NCBI GenBank assembly: GCA_964016885.1
Contig: OZ024744.1
Span: 47,244,001-47,308,000, forward strand
Reading direction: 5' to 3'
DNA: 64,000 nt
Source of the DNA: Eledone cirrhosa
Taxonomy: Eukaryota
The notes below the pieces were generated by a model, which saw only the letters and a program-made list of their open reading frames with translations, was not told where the DNA came from and did no database searches. Positions 38,977 through 52,600 of this stretch are shown in pieces; within the stretch, counting starts at the first letter, position 1, and each line of letters opens with the position of its first letter. The translations under genes were made by a program, and so were the position numbers.

Positions 38977-41900
38977 CTTCACAGTGTGGGCTGGGTGCTT
39001 TTTGCTGTGTCTTTCACATGTCCACTTTACAGTGTGGGCTGGGTGCTTTTTGCTGTGTCTTTCACATGTCCACTTTACAGTGTGGGCTGGGTGCTTTTTG
39101 CTGTGTCTTTCACATGTCCACTTTACAGTGTGGGCTGGGTGCTTTTTGCTGTGTCTTTCACATGTTCACTTTACAATGTGGGCTGGGTGCTTTTTGCTGT
39201 GTCTTTCACATGTCCACTTTACAATGTGGGCTGGGTGCTTTTTGCTGTGTTTTTCACATGTCCACTTTACAGTGTGGGCTGGGTGCTTTTTGCTTTGTCT
39301 TTCACATGTCCACTTTACAGTGTGGGCTGGGTGCTTTTTGCAGTGTCTTTCACACGTCCACTTTACAGTGTGGGCTGGGTGCTTTTTGTTGTGTCTTTCA
39401 CATGTCCACTTTACAGTGTGGGCTGTGTGCTTTTTGCAGTGTCTTTCATACGTCAACTTTACAGTGTGGGCTGGGTGCTTTTTGCTGTGTCTTTCACATG
39501 TCTATTTCACAGTGTGGGCTGGGTGCTTTTTGCTGTGTCTTTCACATGTCCACTTTACAGTGTGGGCTGGGTGCTTTTTGCTGTGTCTTTCATATGTCCA
39601 CTTTACAGTGTGGGCTGGGTGCTTTTTTCAGTGTCTTTCACATGTCCACTTCACGGTGTGGGCGGGCTAATTTTTGCTGTGTCTTTCACATGTCCACTTT
39701 ACAATGTGGGCTGGGTGCTTTTTGCTGTATCTTTCAAATGTCCACTTTACAATGTGGGCTGGGTGCTTTTTGCTGTGTCTTTCACATGTCCACTTTACAG
39801 TGTGGGCTGGATGCTTCTTGCAGTGTCTTTCACACGTCCACTTTACATTGTGGGCTGGGTGCTTGTTGCTGTGTCTTTCTCACGTCCACTTTACAGTGTG
39901 GGCTGGGTGCTTTTTGCTGTGTCTTTCACATGTCCACTTTACAGTGTGGGTTGGGTGCTTTTTTCAGTGTCTTTCACATGTCCACTTTACAGTGTGGGCT
40001 GGGTGCTTTTTTCAGTGTCTTTCACATGTCCACTTCACGGTGTGGGCGGGCTAATTTTTGCTGTGTCTTTCACATGTCCACTTTACAATGTGGGCTGGGT
40101 GCTTTTTGCTGTATCTTTCAAATGTCCACTTTACAATGTGGGCTGGGTGCTTTTTGCTGTGTCTTTCACATGTCCACTTTACAGTGTGGGCTGGGTGCTT
40201 TTTACTGTGTCTTTCACATGTCCACTTTACAGTGTGGGCTGTGTGCTTGTTGCTGTGTCTTTCTCACGTCCACTTTACAGTGTGGGCTGGGTGCCTTTTG
40301 CTGTGTCTTTCACATGTCCACTTTACAGTGTGGGCTGGGTGCTTTTTTCAGTGTCTTTCACACGTCCACTTTACAGTGTGGGCTGGGTGCTTTTTGTTGT
40401 ATCTTTCTCACGTCCACTTTACAGTGTGGGCTGGGTGCTTTTTGCTGTGTCTTTCACATGTCCACTTTACAGTGTGGGCTGGGTGCTTTTTGCTGTGTCT
40501 TTCACATGTCCACTTCACAGTGTGGGCTGGGTGCTTTTTGCTGTGTCTTTCACATGTCCACTTTACAGTGTGGGCTGGGTGCTTTTTGCTGTGTCTTTCA
40601 TATGTCCTCTTTACAGTGTGGGCTGGGTGCTTTTTGCTGTGTCTTTCACCTGTCCACTTTACATTGTGGGCTGGGTGCTTTTCGCTGTGTCTTTCACATG
40701 TCCACTTTACAGTGTGGGCTGGGTGCTTTTTGCTGTGTCTTTCACATGTCCACTTTACAGTGTGGGGTGGGTGCTTTTTGCAGTGTCTTTCACACGTCCA
40801 CTTTACAGTGTGGGCTGGGTGCTTTTTGCTGTGTCTTTCACATGTCCACTTTACAGTGTGGGCTGTGTGCTTTTTGCAGTGTCTTTCACACGTCAACTTT
40901 ACAGTGTGGGCTGGGTGCTTTTTGCTGTATCTTTCAAATGTCCACTTTACAATGTGGGCTGGGTGCTTTTTGCTGTGTCTTTCACATGTCCACTTTACAG
41001 TGTGGGCTGGATGCTTCTTGCAGTGTCTTTCACACGTCCACTTTACATTGTGGGCTGGGTGCTTGTTGCTGTGTCTTTCTCACGTCCACTTTACAGTGTG
41101 GGCTGGGTGCTTTTTGCTGTGTCTTTCACATGTCCACTTTACAGTGTGGGCTGGGTGCTTTTTTCAGTGTCTTTCACATGTCCACTTTACAGTGTGGGCT
41201 GGGCGCTTTTTGCAGTGTCTTTCAAACTTCAACTTTACAGTGTGGGCTGGGTGCTTTTTACTGTGTCTTTCACATGTCCACTTTACAGTGTGGGCTGTGT
41301 GCTTGTTGCTGTGTCTTTCTCACGTCCACTTTACAGTGTGGGCTGGGTGCTTTTTGCTGTGTCTTTCACATGTCCACTTTACAGTGTGGGCACGGTGCTT
41401 TTTTCAGTGTCTTTCACATGTCCACTTTACAGTGTGGGCTGGGTGCTTTTTGCTGTGTCTTTCACATGTCCACTTTACAGTGTGGGCTGGGTGCTTTTTG
41501 CTGTGTCTTTCACATGTCCACTTCACAGTGTGGGCTGGGTGCTTTTTGCTGTGTCTTTCACATGTCCACTTTACAGTGTGGGCTGGGTGCTTTTTGCAGT
41601 GTCTTTCACACGTCCACTTTACAGTGTGGGCTGGGTGCTTTTTGTTGTATCTTTCTCACGTCCACTTTACAGTGTGGGCTGGGTGCTTTTTGCTGTGTCT
41701 TTCACATGTCCACTTTACAGTGTGGGCTGGGTGCTTTTTGCTGTGTCTTTCACATGTCCACTTTACAGTGTGGGCTGGGTGCTTTTTGCTGTGTCTTTCA
41801 CATGTCCACTTCACAGTGTGGGCTGGGTGCTTTTTGCTGTGTCTTTCACATGTCCACTTTACAGTGTGGGCTGGGTGCTTTTTGCTGTGTCTTTCACATG

Positions 41901-43439
41901 TCCACTTTACAATGTGGGCTGGGTGCTTTTTGCTGTGTCTTTCACATGTCCACTTTACAATGTGGGCTGGGTGATTTTTGCTGTGTCTTTCACATGTCCA
42001 CTTTACAGTGTGGGCTGGGTGCTTTTCGCTGTGTCTTTCACATGTCCACTTTACAGTGTGGGCTGGGTGCTTTTTGCTGTGTCTTTCACATGTCCACTTT
42101 ACAGTGTGGGGTGGGTGCTTTTTGCAGTGTCTTTCACACGTACACTTTACAGTGTGGGCTGGGTGCTTTTTGCTGTGTCTTTCACATGTCCACTTTACAG
42201 TGTGGGCTGTGTGCTTTTTGCAGTGTCTTTCACACGTCAACTTTACAGTGTGGCCTGGGTGCTTTTTGCTGTGTCTTTCACATGTCTATTTCACAGTGTG
42301 GGCTGGGTGCTTTTTGCTGTGTCTTTCACATTTCCACTTTACAGTGTGGGCTGGGTGCTTTTTGCTGTGTCTTTCATATGTCCACTTTACAGTGTGGGCT
42401 GGGTCCTTTTTTCAGTGTCTTTCACATGTCCACTTCACGGTGTGGGCGGGGTGATTTTTGCTGTGTCTTTCACATGTCCACTTTACAGTGTGGGCTGGGT
42501 GCTTTTTTCAGTGTCTTTCACATGTCCACTTTACAGTGTGGGCTGGGCGCTTTTTGCAGTGTCTTTCAAACTTCAACTTTACAGTGTGGGCTGGGTGCTT
42601 TTTACTGTGTCTTTCACATGTCCACTTTACAGTGTGGGCTGTGTGCTTGTTGCTGTGTCTTTCTCACGTCCACTTTACAGTGTGGGCTGGGTGCTTTTTG
42701 CTGTGTCTTTCACATGTCCACTTTACAGTGTGGGCACGGTGCTTTTTTCAGTGTCTTTCACACGTCCACTTTACAGTGTGGGCTGGGTGCTTTTTGTTGT
42801 ATCTTTCTCACGTCCACTTTACAGTGTGGGCTGGGTGCTTTTTGCTGTGTCTTTCACATGTCCACTTTACAGTGTGGGCTGGGTGCTTTTTGCTGTGTCT
42901 TTCACATGTCCACTTTACAGTGTGGGCTGGGTGCTTTTTGCTGTGTCTTTCACATGTCCACTTCACAGTGTGGGCTGGGTGCTTTTTGCTGTGTCTTTCA
43001 CATGTCCACTTTACAGTGTGGGCTGGGTGCTTTTTGCTGTGTCTTTCATATGTCCACTTTACAGTGTGGGCTGGGTGCTTTTTGTTGTGTCTTTCACATG
43101 TCCACTTTACAGTGTGGGCTGGGTGCTTTTTGCTGTGTCTTTCACATGTCCACTTTACAATGTGGGCTGGGTGCTTTTTGCTGTGTCTTTCACATGTCCA
43201 CTTTACAATGTGGGCTGGGTGATTTTTGCTGTGTCTTTCACATGTCCACTTTACAGTGTGGGCTGGGTGCTTTTCGCTGTGTCTTTCACATGTCCACTTT
43301 ACAGTGTGGGCTGGGTGCTTTTTGCTGTGTCTTTCACATGTCCACTTTACAGTGTGGGCTGGGTGCTTTTTGCTGTGTCTTTCACATGTCCACTTTACAG
43401 TGTGGGCTGGGTGCTTTTCGCTGTGTCTTTCACATGTCC

Positions 43440-46400
43440 ACTTTACAGTGTGGGCTGGGTGCTTTTTGCAGTGTCTTTCACACGTCCACTTTACAGTGTG
43501 GGCTGGGTGCTTTTTGTTGTATCTTTCTCACGTCCACTTTACAGTGTGGGCTGGGTGCTTTTTGCTGTGTCTTTCACATGTCCACTTTACAGTGTGGGCT
43601 GGGTGCTTTTTGCTGTGTCTTTCACATGTCCACTTTACAGTGTGGGCTGGGTGCTTTTTGCTGTGTCTTTCACATGTCCACTTCACAGTGTGGGCTGGGT
43701 GCTTTTTGCTGTGTCTTTCACATGTCCACTTTACAGTGTGGGCTGGGTGCTTTTTGCTGTGTCTTTCATATGTCCACTTTACAGTGTGGGCTGGGTGCTT
43801 TTTGTTGTGTCTTTCACATGTCCACTTTACAGTGTGGGCTGGGTGCTTTTTGCTGTGTCTTTCACATGTCCACTTTACAATGTGGGCTGGGTGCTTTTTG
43901 CTGTGTCTTTCACATGTCCACTTTACAATGTGGGCTGGGTGATTTTTGCTGTGTCTTTCACATGTCCACTTTACAGTGTGGGCTGGGTGCTTTTCGCTGT
44001 GTCTTTCACATGTCCACTTTACAGTGTGGGCTGGGTGCTTTTTGCTGTGTCTTTCACATGTCCACTTTACAGTGTGGGGTGGGTGCTTTTTGCAGTGTCT
44101 TTCACACGTACACTTTACAGTGTGGGCTGGGTGCTTTTTGCTGTGTCTTTCACATGTCCACTTTACAGTGTGGGCTGTGTGCTTTTTGCAGTGTCTTTCA
44201 CACGTCAACTTTACAGTGTGGCCTGGGTGCTTTTTGCTGTGTCTTTCACATGTCTATTTCACAGTGTGGGCTGGGTGCTTTTTGCTGTGTCTTTCACATT
44301 TCCACTTTACAGTGTGGGCTGGGTGCTTTTTGCTGTGTCTTTCATATGTCCACTTTACAGTGTGGGCTGGGTCCTTTTCTCAGTGTCTTTCACATGTCCA
44401 CTTCACGGTGTGGGCGGGGTGATTTTTGCTGTGTCTTTCACATGTCCACTTTACAATGTGGGCTGGGTGCTTTTTGCTGTATCTTTCAAATGTCCACTTT
44501 ACAATGTGGGCTGGGTGCTTTTTGCTGTGTCTTTCACATGTCCACTTTACAGTGTGGGCTGGGCGCTTTTTGCAGTGTCTTTCAAACGTCAACTTTACAG
44601 TGTGGGCTGGGTGCTTTTTACTGTGTCTTTCACATGTCCACTTTACAGTGTGGGCTGGGTGCTTTTTGCTGTGTCTTTCACATGTCCACTTCACAGTGTG
44701 GGCTGGGTGCTTTTTGCTGTGTCTTTCACATGTCCACTTTACAGTGTGGGCTGGGTGCTTTTTGCTGTGTCTTTCACATGTCCACTTTACAGTGTGGGCT
44801 GTGTGCTTTTTGCTGTGTCTTTCACATGTCCACTTTACAGTGTGGGCTGGGTGCTTTTTGCTGTGTCTTTCACATGTCCACTTTACAGTGTGGGCTGGGT
44901 GCTTTTTGCTGTGTCTTTCACATGTCCACTTTACAGTGTGGGCTGGGTGCTTTTTGCTGTGTCTTTCACATGTCCATCTTACAATGTGAGCTGGGTGCTT
45001 TTTGCTGTGTCTTTCACATGTCCACTTTACAGTGTGGGCTGGGTGCTTGTTGCTGTGTCTTTCTCACGTCCGCTTTACAGTGTGGGCTGGGTGCTTTTTG
45101 CTGTGTCTTTCACATGTCCACTTTACAGTGCGGGCTAGGTGCTTTTTTCAGTGTCTTTCACACGTCCACTTTACATTCTGGGCTGGGTGCTTGTTGCTGT
45201 GTCTTTCTCACGTCCACCTTACAGTGTGGGCTGGGTGCTTTTTGCTGTGTCTTTCACATGTCCACTTTACATTGTGGACTGGGTGCTTTTTTCAGTGTCT
45301 TTCACATGTCAACTTTACAGTGAGGGCTGGGTGCTTTTTGCTGTGTCTTTCACATGTCCACTTTACAGTGTGGGCTGGGTGCTTTTTGCTGTGTCTTTCA
45401 CATATCCACTTTACAGTGTGGGCTGGGTGCTTTTTGCTGATTCTTTCACACGTCCACTTTACAGTGTGGGCTGGGTGCTTTTTGCTGTGTCTTTCACACG
45501 TCCACTTTACAGTGTGGGCCGGGTGCTTTTTGCTGTGTCTTTCACATGTCCACTTTACAATGTGGGCTGGGTGCTTTTTGCTGTTTCTTTCACATGTCCA
45601 CTTCACAGTGTGGGCTGGGTGCTTTTTGCTGTGTCTTTCACATGTCCACTTTACAGTGTGGGCTGGGTGCTTTTTGCTGTGTCTTTCACATGTCCACTTT
45701 ACAGTGTGGGCTGGGTGCTTTTTGCTGTGTCTTTCACATGTCCACTTCACAGTGTGGGTTGGGTGCTTTTTGCTGTGTCTTTCACATGTCCACTTTACAG
45801 TGTGGGCTGGGTGCTTTTTGCTGTGTCTTTCATATGTCCACTTTACAGTGTGGGCTGGGTGCTTTTTGTTGTGTCTTTCACATGTCCACTTTACAGTGTG
45901 GGCTGGGTGCTTTTTGCTGTGTCTTTCACATGTCCACTTTACAATGTGGGCTGGGTGCTTTTTGCTGTGTCTTTCACATGTCCACTTTACAATGTGGGCT
46001 GGGTGATTTTTGCTGTGTCTTTCACATGTCCACTTTACAGTGTGGGCTGGGTGCTTTTTCTGTGTCTTTCACATGTCCACTTTACAGTGTGGGCTGGGTG
46101 CTTTTTGCTGTGTCTTTCACATGTCCACTTTACAGTGTGGGGTGGGTGCTTTTTGCAGTGTCTTTCACACGTCCACTTTACAGTGTGGGCTGGGTGCTTT
46201 TTGTTGTATCTTTCTCACGTCCACTTTACAGTGTGGGCTGGGTGCTTTTTGCTGTGTCTTTCACATGTCCACTTTACAGTGTGGGCTGGGTACTTTTTGC
46301 TGTGTCTTTCACATGTCCACTTTACAGTGTGGGCTGGGTGCTTTTTGCTGTGTCTTTCACATGTCCACTTCACAGTGTGGGCTGGGTGCTTTTTGCTGTG

Positions 46401-48290
46401 TCTTTCACATGTCCACTTTACAGTGTGGGCTGGGTGCTTTTTGCTGTGTCTTTCATATGTCCACTTTACAGTGTGGGCTGGGTGCTTTTTGTTGTGTCTT
46501 TCACATGTCCACTTTACAGTGTGGGCTGGGTGCTTTTTGCTGTGTCTTTCACATGTCCACTTTACAATGTGGGCTGGGTGCTTTTTGCTGTGTCTTTCAC
46601 ATGTCCACTTTACAATGTGGGCTGGGTGATTTTTGCTGTGTCTTTCACATGTCCACTTTACAGTGTGGGCTGGGTGCTTTTCGCTGTGTCTTTCACATGT
46701 CCACTTTACAGTGTGGGCTGGGTGCTTTTTGCTGTGTCTTTCACATGTCCACTTTACAGTGTGGGGTGGGTGCTTTTTGCAGTGTCTTTCACACGTCCAC
46801 TTTACAGTGTGGGCTGGGTGCTTTTTGCTGTGTCTTTCACATGTCCACTTTACAGTGTGGGCTGTGTGCTTTTTGCAGTGTCTTTCACACGTCAACTTTA
46901 CAGTGTGGCCTGGGTGCTTTTTGCTGTGTCTTTCACATGTCTATTTCACAGTGTGGGCTGGGTGCTTTTTGCTGTGTCTTTCACATTTCCACTTTACAGT
47001 GTGGGCTGGGTGCTTTTTGCTGTGTCTTTCATATGTCCACTTTACAGTGTGGGCTGGGTCCTTTTTTCAGTGTCTTTCACATGTCCACTTCACGGTGTGG
47101 GCGGGGTGATTTTTGCTGTGTCTTTCACATGTCCACTTTACAATGTGGGCTGGGTGCTTTTTGCTGTATCTTTCAAATGTCCACTTTACAATGTGGGCTG
47201 GGTGCTTTTTGCTGTGTCTTTCACATGTCCACTTTACAGTGTGGGCTGGGCGCTTTTTGCAGTGTCTTTCAAACGTCAACTTTACAGTGTGGGCTGGGTG
47301 CTTTTTACTGTGTCTTTCACATGTCCACTTTACAGTGTGGGCTGGGTGCTTTTTGCTGTGTCTTTCACATGTCCACTTCACAGTGTGGGCTGGGTGCTTT
47401 TTGCTGTGTCTTTCACATGTCCACTTTACAGTGTGGGCTGGGTGCTTTTTGCTGTGTCTTTCACATGTCCACTTTACAGTGTGGGCTGTGTGCTTTTTGC
47501 TGTGTCTTTCACATGTCCACTTTACAGTGTGGGCTGGGTGCTTTTTGCTGTGTCTTTCACATGTCCACTTTACAGTGTGGGCTGGGTGCTTTTTGCTGTG
47601 TCTTTCACATGTCCACTTTACAGTGTGGGCTGGGTGCTTTTTGCTGTGTCTTTCACATGTCCATCTTACAATGTGAGCTGGGTGCTTTTTGCTGTGTCTT
47701 TCACATGTCCACTTTACAGTGTGGGCTGGGTGCTTGTTGCTGTGTCTTTCTCACGTCCGCTTTACAGTGTGGGCTGGGTGCTTTTTGCTGTGTCTTTCAC
47801 ATGTCCACTTTACAGTGCGGGCTAGGTGCTTTTTTCAGTGTCTTTCACACGTCCACTTTACATTGTGGGCTGGGTGCTTGTTGCTGTGTCTTTCTCACGT
47901 CCACCTTACAGTGTGGGCTGGGTGCTTTTTGCTGTGTCTTTCACATGTCCACTTTACATTGTGGACTGGGTGCTTTTTTCAGTGTCTTTCACATGTCAAC
48001 TTTACAGTGAGGGCTGGGTGCTTTTTGCTGTGTCTTTCACATGTCCACTTTACAGTGTGGGCTGGGTGCTTTTTGCTGTGTCTTTCACATATCCACTTTA
48101 CAGTGTGGGCTGGGTGCTTTTTGCTGAGTCTTTCACACGTCCACTTTACAGTGTGGGCTGGGTGCTTTTTGCTGTGTCTTTCACACGTCCACTTTACAGT
48201 GTGGGCCGGGTGCTTTTTGCTGTGTCTTTCACATGTCCACTTTACAATGTGGGCTGGGTGCTTTTTGCTGTTTCTTTCACATGTCCACTT
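43440..48290. repeat. Block duplication with period 2687 bp (56 monomers - 1 bp), about 43440-45600 vs 46130-48290
   Basis: ORF pairs 43528/46215, 43946/46633, 44426/47113, 45002/47689 and 45139/47826 differ by 2687. Shared variants CCATCTTAC, GTCCGCT, CCACCTT, GGGCCGG and CTGTTTC. The -1 is a G deletion at about 46060. Confidence 0.92.
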
Positions 48291-49699
48291 TACAGTGTGG
48301 GCTGGATGCTTCTTGCAGTGTCTTTCACACGTCCACTTTACAGTGTGGGCTGGGTGCTTTTTGCTGTGTCTTTCACATGTCCACTTTATAGTGTGGGCTG
48401 GGTGCTTTTTGCAGTGTCTTTCACACGTCCACTTTACAGTGTGGGCTGGGTGCTTTTTGCTGTGTCTTTCACATGTCCACTTTACAATGTGGGCTGGGTG
48501 CTTTTTGCTGTGTCTTTCACATGTCCACTTTACAATGTGGGCTGTGTGCTTCTTGCAGTGTCTTTCACACGTCCACTTTACAGTGTGGGCTGGGTGCTTT
48601 TTGCTGTCTTTCACATGTCCACTTTACAGTGTGGGCTGGGTGCTTTTTGCTGTGTCTTTCACATGTCCACTTTACAGTGTGGGCTGGGTGCTTTTTGCTG
48701 TGTCTTTCACATGTCCATTTTACAATGTGAGCTGGGTGATTTTTGCTGTGTCTTTCATATGTCCACTTTACATTGTGGGCTGGGTGCTTGTTGCTGTGTC
48801 TTTCTCACGTCCACTTTACAGTGTGGGCTGGGTGCTTTTTGCTGTGTCTTTCACATGTCCACTTTACAGTGTGGGCTGGGTGCTTTTTTCAGTGTCTTTC
48901 ACATGTCCACTTTACAGCGTGGGCTGGGTGCTTTTTGCTGTGTCTTTCACATGTCCACTTTACAGTGTAGGCTGGGTGCTAGGTTGCTGTGTCTTTCTCA
49001 CGTCCACTTTACAGTGTGGGCTGGGTGCTTTTTGCTGTGTCTTTCACACGTCCACTTTACATTGTGGGCTGGGTGCTTCTTGCTGTGTCTTTCTCACGTC
49101 CACTTTACAGTGTGGGCTGGGTGCTTTTTGCTGTGTCTTTCACATGTCCACTTTACAGTGTGGGCTGGGTGCTTTTTTCAGTGTCTTTCACATGTCCACT
49201 TTACAGCGTGGGCTGGGCGCTTTTTGCAGTGTCTTTCAAACGTCAACTTTACAGTGTGGGCTGGGTGCTTTTTACTGTGTCTTTCACATGTCCACTTTAC
49301 AGTGTGGGCTGTGTGCTTGTTGCTGTGTCTTTCTCACTTCCACTTTACAGTGTGGGCTGGGTGCTTTTTGCTGTGTCTTTCACATGTCCACTTTACAGTG
49401 TGGGCTGGGTGAATTTTTCAGTGTCTTTCACACGTCCACTTTACAGTGTGGGCTGGGTGCTTTTTGTTGTGTCTTTCTCACGTCCACTTTACAGTGTGGG
49501 CTGGGTGCTTTTTGCTGTGTCTTTCACATGTCCACTTTACAGTGTGGGCTGGGTGATTTTTGCTGTGTCTTTCACATGTCCACTTTACAGTGTGGGCTGG
49601 GTGCTTTTTGCTGTGTCTTTCACATGTCCACTTCACAGTGTGGGCTGGGTGCTTTTTGCTGTGTCTTTCACATGTCCACTTTACAGTGTGGGCTGGGTA

Positions 49700-52600
49700 C
49701 TTTTTGCTGTGTCTTTCACATGTCCACTTTACAGTGTGGGCTGGGTGCTTTTTGCTGTGTCTTTCACATGTCCACTTTACAGTGTGGGCTGGGTGCTTTT
49801 TGCTGTGTCTTTCACATGTCCACTTTACAATGTGGGCTGGGTGCTTTTTGCTGTGTCTTTCACATGTCCACTTTACAATGTGGGCTGGGTGCTTTTTGCT
49901 GTGTCTTTCACATGTCCACTTTACAGTGTGGGCTGGGTGCTTTTTGCTGTGTCTTTCACATGTCCACTTTACAGTGTGGGCTGGGTGCTTTTTGCTTTGT
50001 CTTTCACATGTCCACTTTACAGTGTGGGCTGGGTATATTTTGCTGTGTCTTTCACATGTCCACTTTACAGTGTGGGCTGGGTGCTTTTTGCTGTGTCTTT
50101 CACATGTCCACTTTACAGTGTGGGATGTGTGCTTTTTGCAGTGTCTTTCACACGTCAACTTTACAGTGTGGGCTGGGTGCTTTTTGCTGTGTCTTTCACA
50201 TGTCTATTTCACAGTGTGGGCTGTGTGCTTTTTGCTGTGTCTTTCACATGTCCACTTTACAGTGTGGGCTGGGTGCTTTTTGCTGTGTCTTTCATATGTC
50301 CACTTTACAGTGTGGGCTGGGTGCTTTTTTCAGTGTCTTTCACATGTCCACTTCACGGTGTGGGCGGGGTAATTTTTGCTGTGTCTTTCACATGTCCACT
50401 TTACAATGTGGGCTGGGTGCTTTTTGCTGTATCTTTCAAATGTCCACTTTACAATGTGGGCTGGGTGCTTTTTGCTGTGTCTTTCACATGTCCACTTTAC
50501 AGTGTGGGCTGGATGCTTCTTGCAGTGTCTTTAACACGTCCACTTTACATTGTGGGCTGGGTGCTTGTTGCTGTGTCTTTCTCACGTCCACTTTACAGTG
50601 TGGGCTGGGTGCTTTTTGCTGTGTCTTTCACATGTCCACTTTACAGTGTGGGCTGGGTGCTTTTTTCAGTGTCTTTCACATGTCCACTTTACAGTGTGGG
50701 CTGGGCGCTTTTTGCAGTGTCTTTCAAACTTCAACTTTACAGTGTGGGCTGGGTGCTTTTTACTGTGTCTTTCACATGTCCACTTTACAGTGTGGGCTGT
50801 GTGCTTGTTGCTGTGTCTTTCTCACGTCCACTTTACAGTGTGGGCTGGGTGCTTTTTGCTGTGTCTTTCACATGTCCACTTTACAGTGTGGGCTGGGTGC
50901 TTTTTTCAGTGTCTTTCACACGTCCACTTTACAGTGTGGGCTGGGTGCTTTTTGTTGTATCTTTCTCACGTCCACTTTACAGTGTGGGCTGGGTGCTTTT
51001 TGCTGTGTCTTTCACATGTCCACTTTACAGTGTGGGCTGGGTGCTTTTTGCTGTGTCTTTCACATGTCCACTTTACAGTGTGGGCTGGGTGCTTTTTGCT
51101 GTGTCTTTCACATGTCCACTTCACAGTGTGGGCTGGGTGCTTTTTGCTGTGTCTTTCACATGTCCACTTTACAGTGTGGGCTGGGTGCTTTTTGCTGTGT
51201 CTTTCATATGTCCACTTTACAGTGTGGGCTGGGTGCTTTTTGCTGTGTCTTTCACATGTCCACTTTACAGTGTGGGCTGGGTGCTTTTTGCTGTGTCTTT
51301 CACATGTCCACTTTACAATGTGGGCTGGGTGCTTTTTGCTGTGTCTTTCACATGTCCACTTTACAATGTGGGCTGGGTGCTTTTTGCTGTGTTTTTCACA
51401 TGTCCACTTTACAGTGTGGGCTGGGTGCTTTTCGCTGTGTCTTTCACATGTCCACTTTACAGTGTGGGCTGGGTGCTTTTTGCTGTGTCTTTCACATGTC
51501 CACTTTACAGTGTGGGGTGGGTGCTTTTTGCAGTGTCTTTCACACGTCCACTTTACAGTGTGGGCTGGGTGCTTTTTGCTGTGTCTTTCACATGTCCACT
51601 TTACAGTGTGGGCTGTGTGCTTTTTGCAGTGTCTTTCACACGTCAACTTTACAGTGTGGCCTGGGTGCTTTTTGCTGTGTCTTTCACATGTCTATTTCAC
51701 AGTGTGGGCTGGGTGCTTTTTGCTGTGTCTTTCACATGTCCACTTTACAGTGTGGGCTGGGTGCTTTTTGCTGTGTCTTTCATATGTCCACTTTACAGTG
51801 TGGGCTGGGTGCTTTTTTCAGTGTCTTTCACATGTCCACTTCACGGTGTGGGCGGGGTGATTTTTGCTGTGTCTTTCACATGTCCACTTTACAGTGTGGG
51901 CTGGGTGCTTTTTGCTTTGTCTTTCACATGTCCACTTTACAGTGTGGGCTGGGTACTTTTTGCTGTGTCTTTCACATGTCCACTTTACAGTGTGGGCTGG
52001 GTGCTTTTTGCTGTGTCTTTCACATGTCCACTTTACAGTGTGGGCTGTGTGCTTTTTGCAGTGTCTTTCACACGTCAACTTTACAGTGTGGGCTGGGTGC
52101 TTTTTGCTGTGTCTTTCACATGTCTATTTCACAGTGTGGGCTGTGTGCTTTTTGCTGTGTCTTTCACATGTCCACTTTACAGTGTGGGCTGGGTGCTTTT
52201 TGCTGTGTCTTTCATATGTCCACTTTACAGTGTGGGCTGGGTGCTTTTTTCAGTGTCTTTCACATGTCCACTTCACGGTGTGGGCGGGGTAATTTTTGCT
52301 GTGTCTTTCACATGTCCACTTTACAATGTGGGCTGGGTGCTTTTTGCTGTATCTTTCAAATGTCCACTTTACAATGTGGGCTGGGTGCTTTTTGCTGTGT
52401 CTTTCACATGTCCACTTTACAGTGTGGGCTGGATGCTTCTTGCAGTGTCTTTAACACGTCCACTTTACATTGTGGGCTGGGTGCTTGTTGCTGTGTCTTT
52501 CTCACGTCCACTTTACAGTGTGGGCTGGGTGCTTTTTGCTGTGTCTTTCACATGTCCACTTTACAGTGTGGGCTGGGTGCTTTTTTCAGTGTCTTTCACA

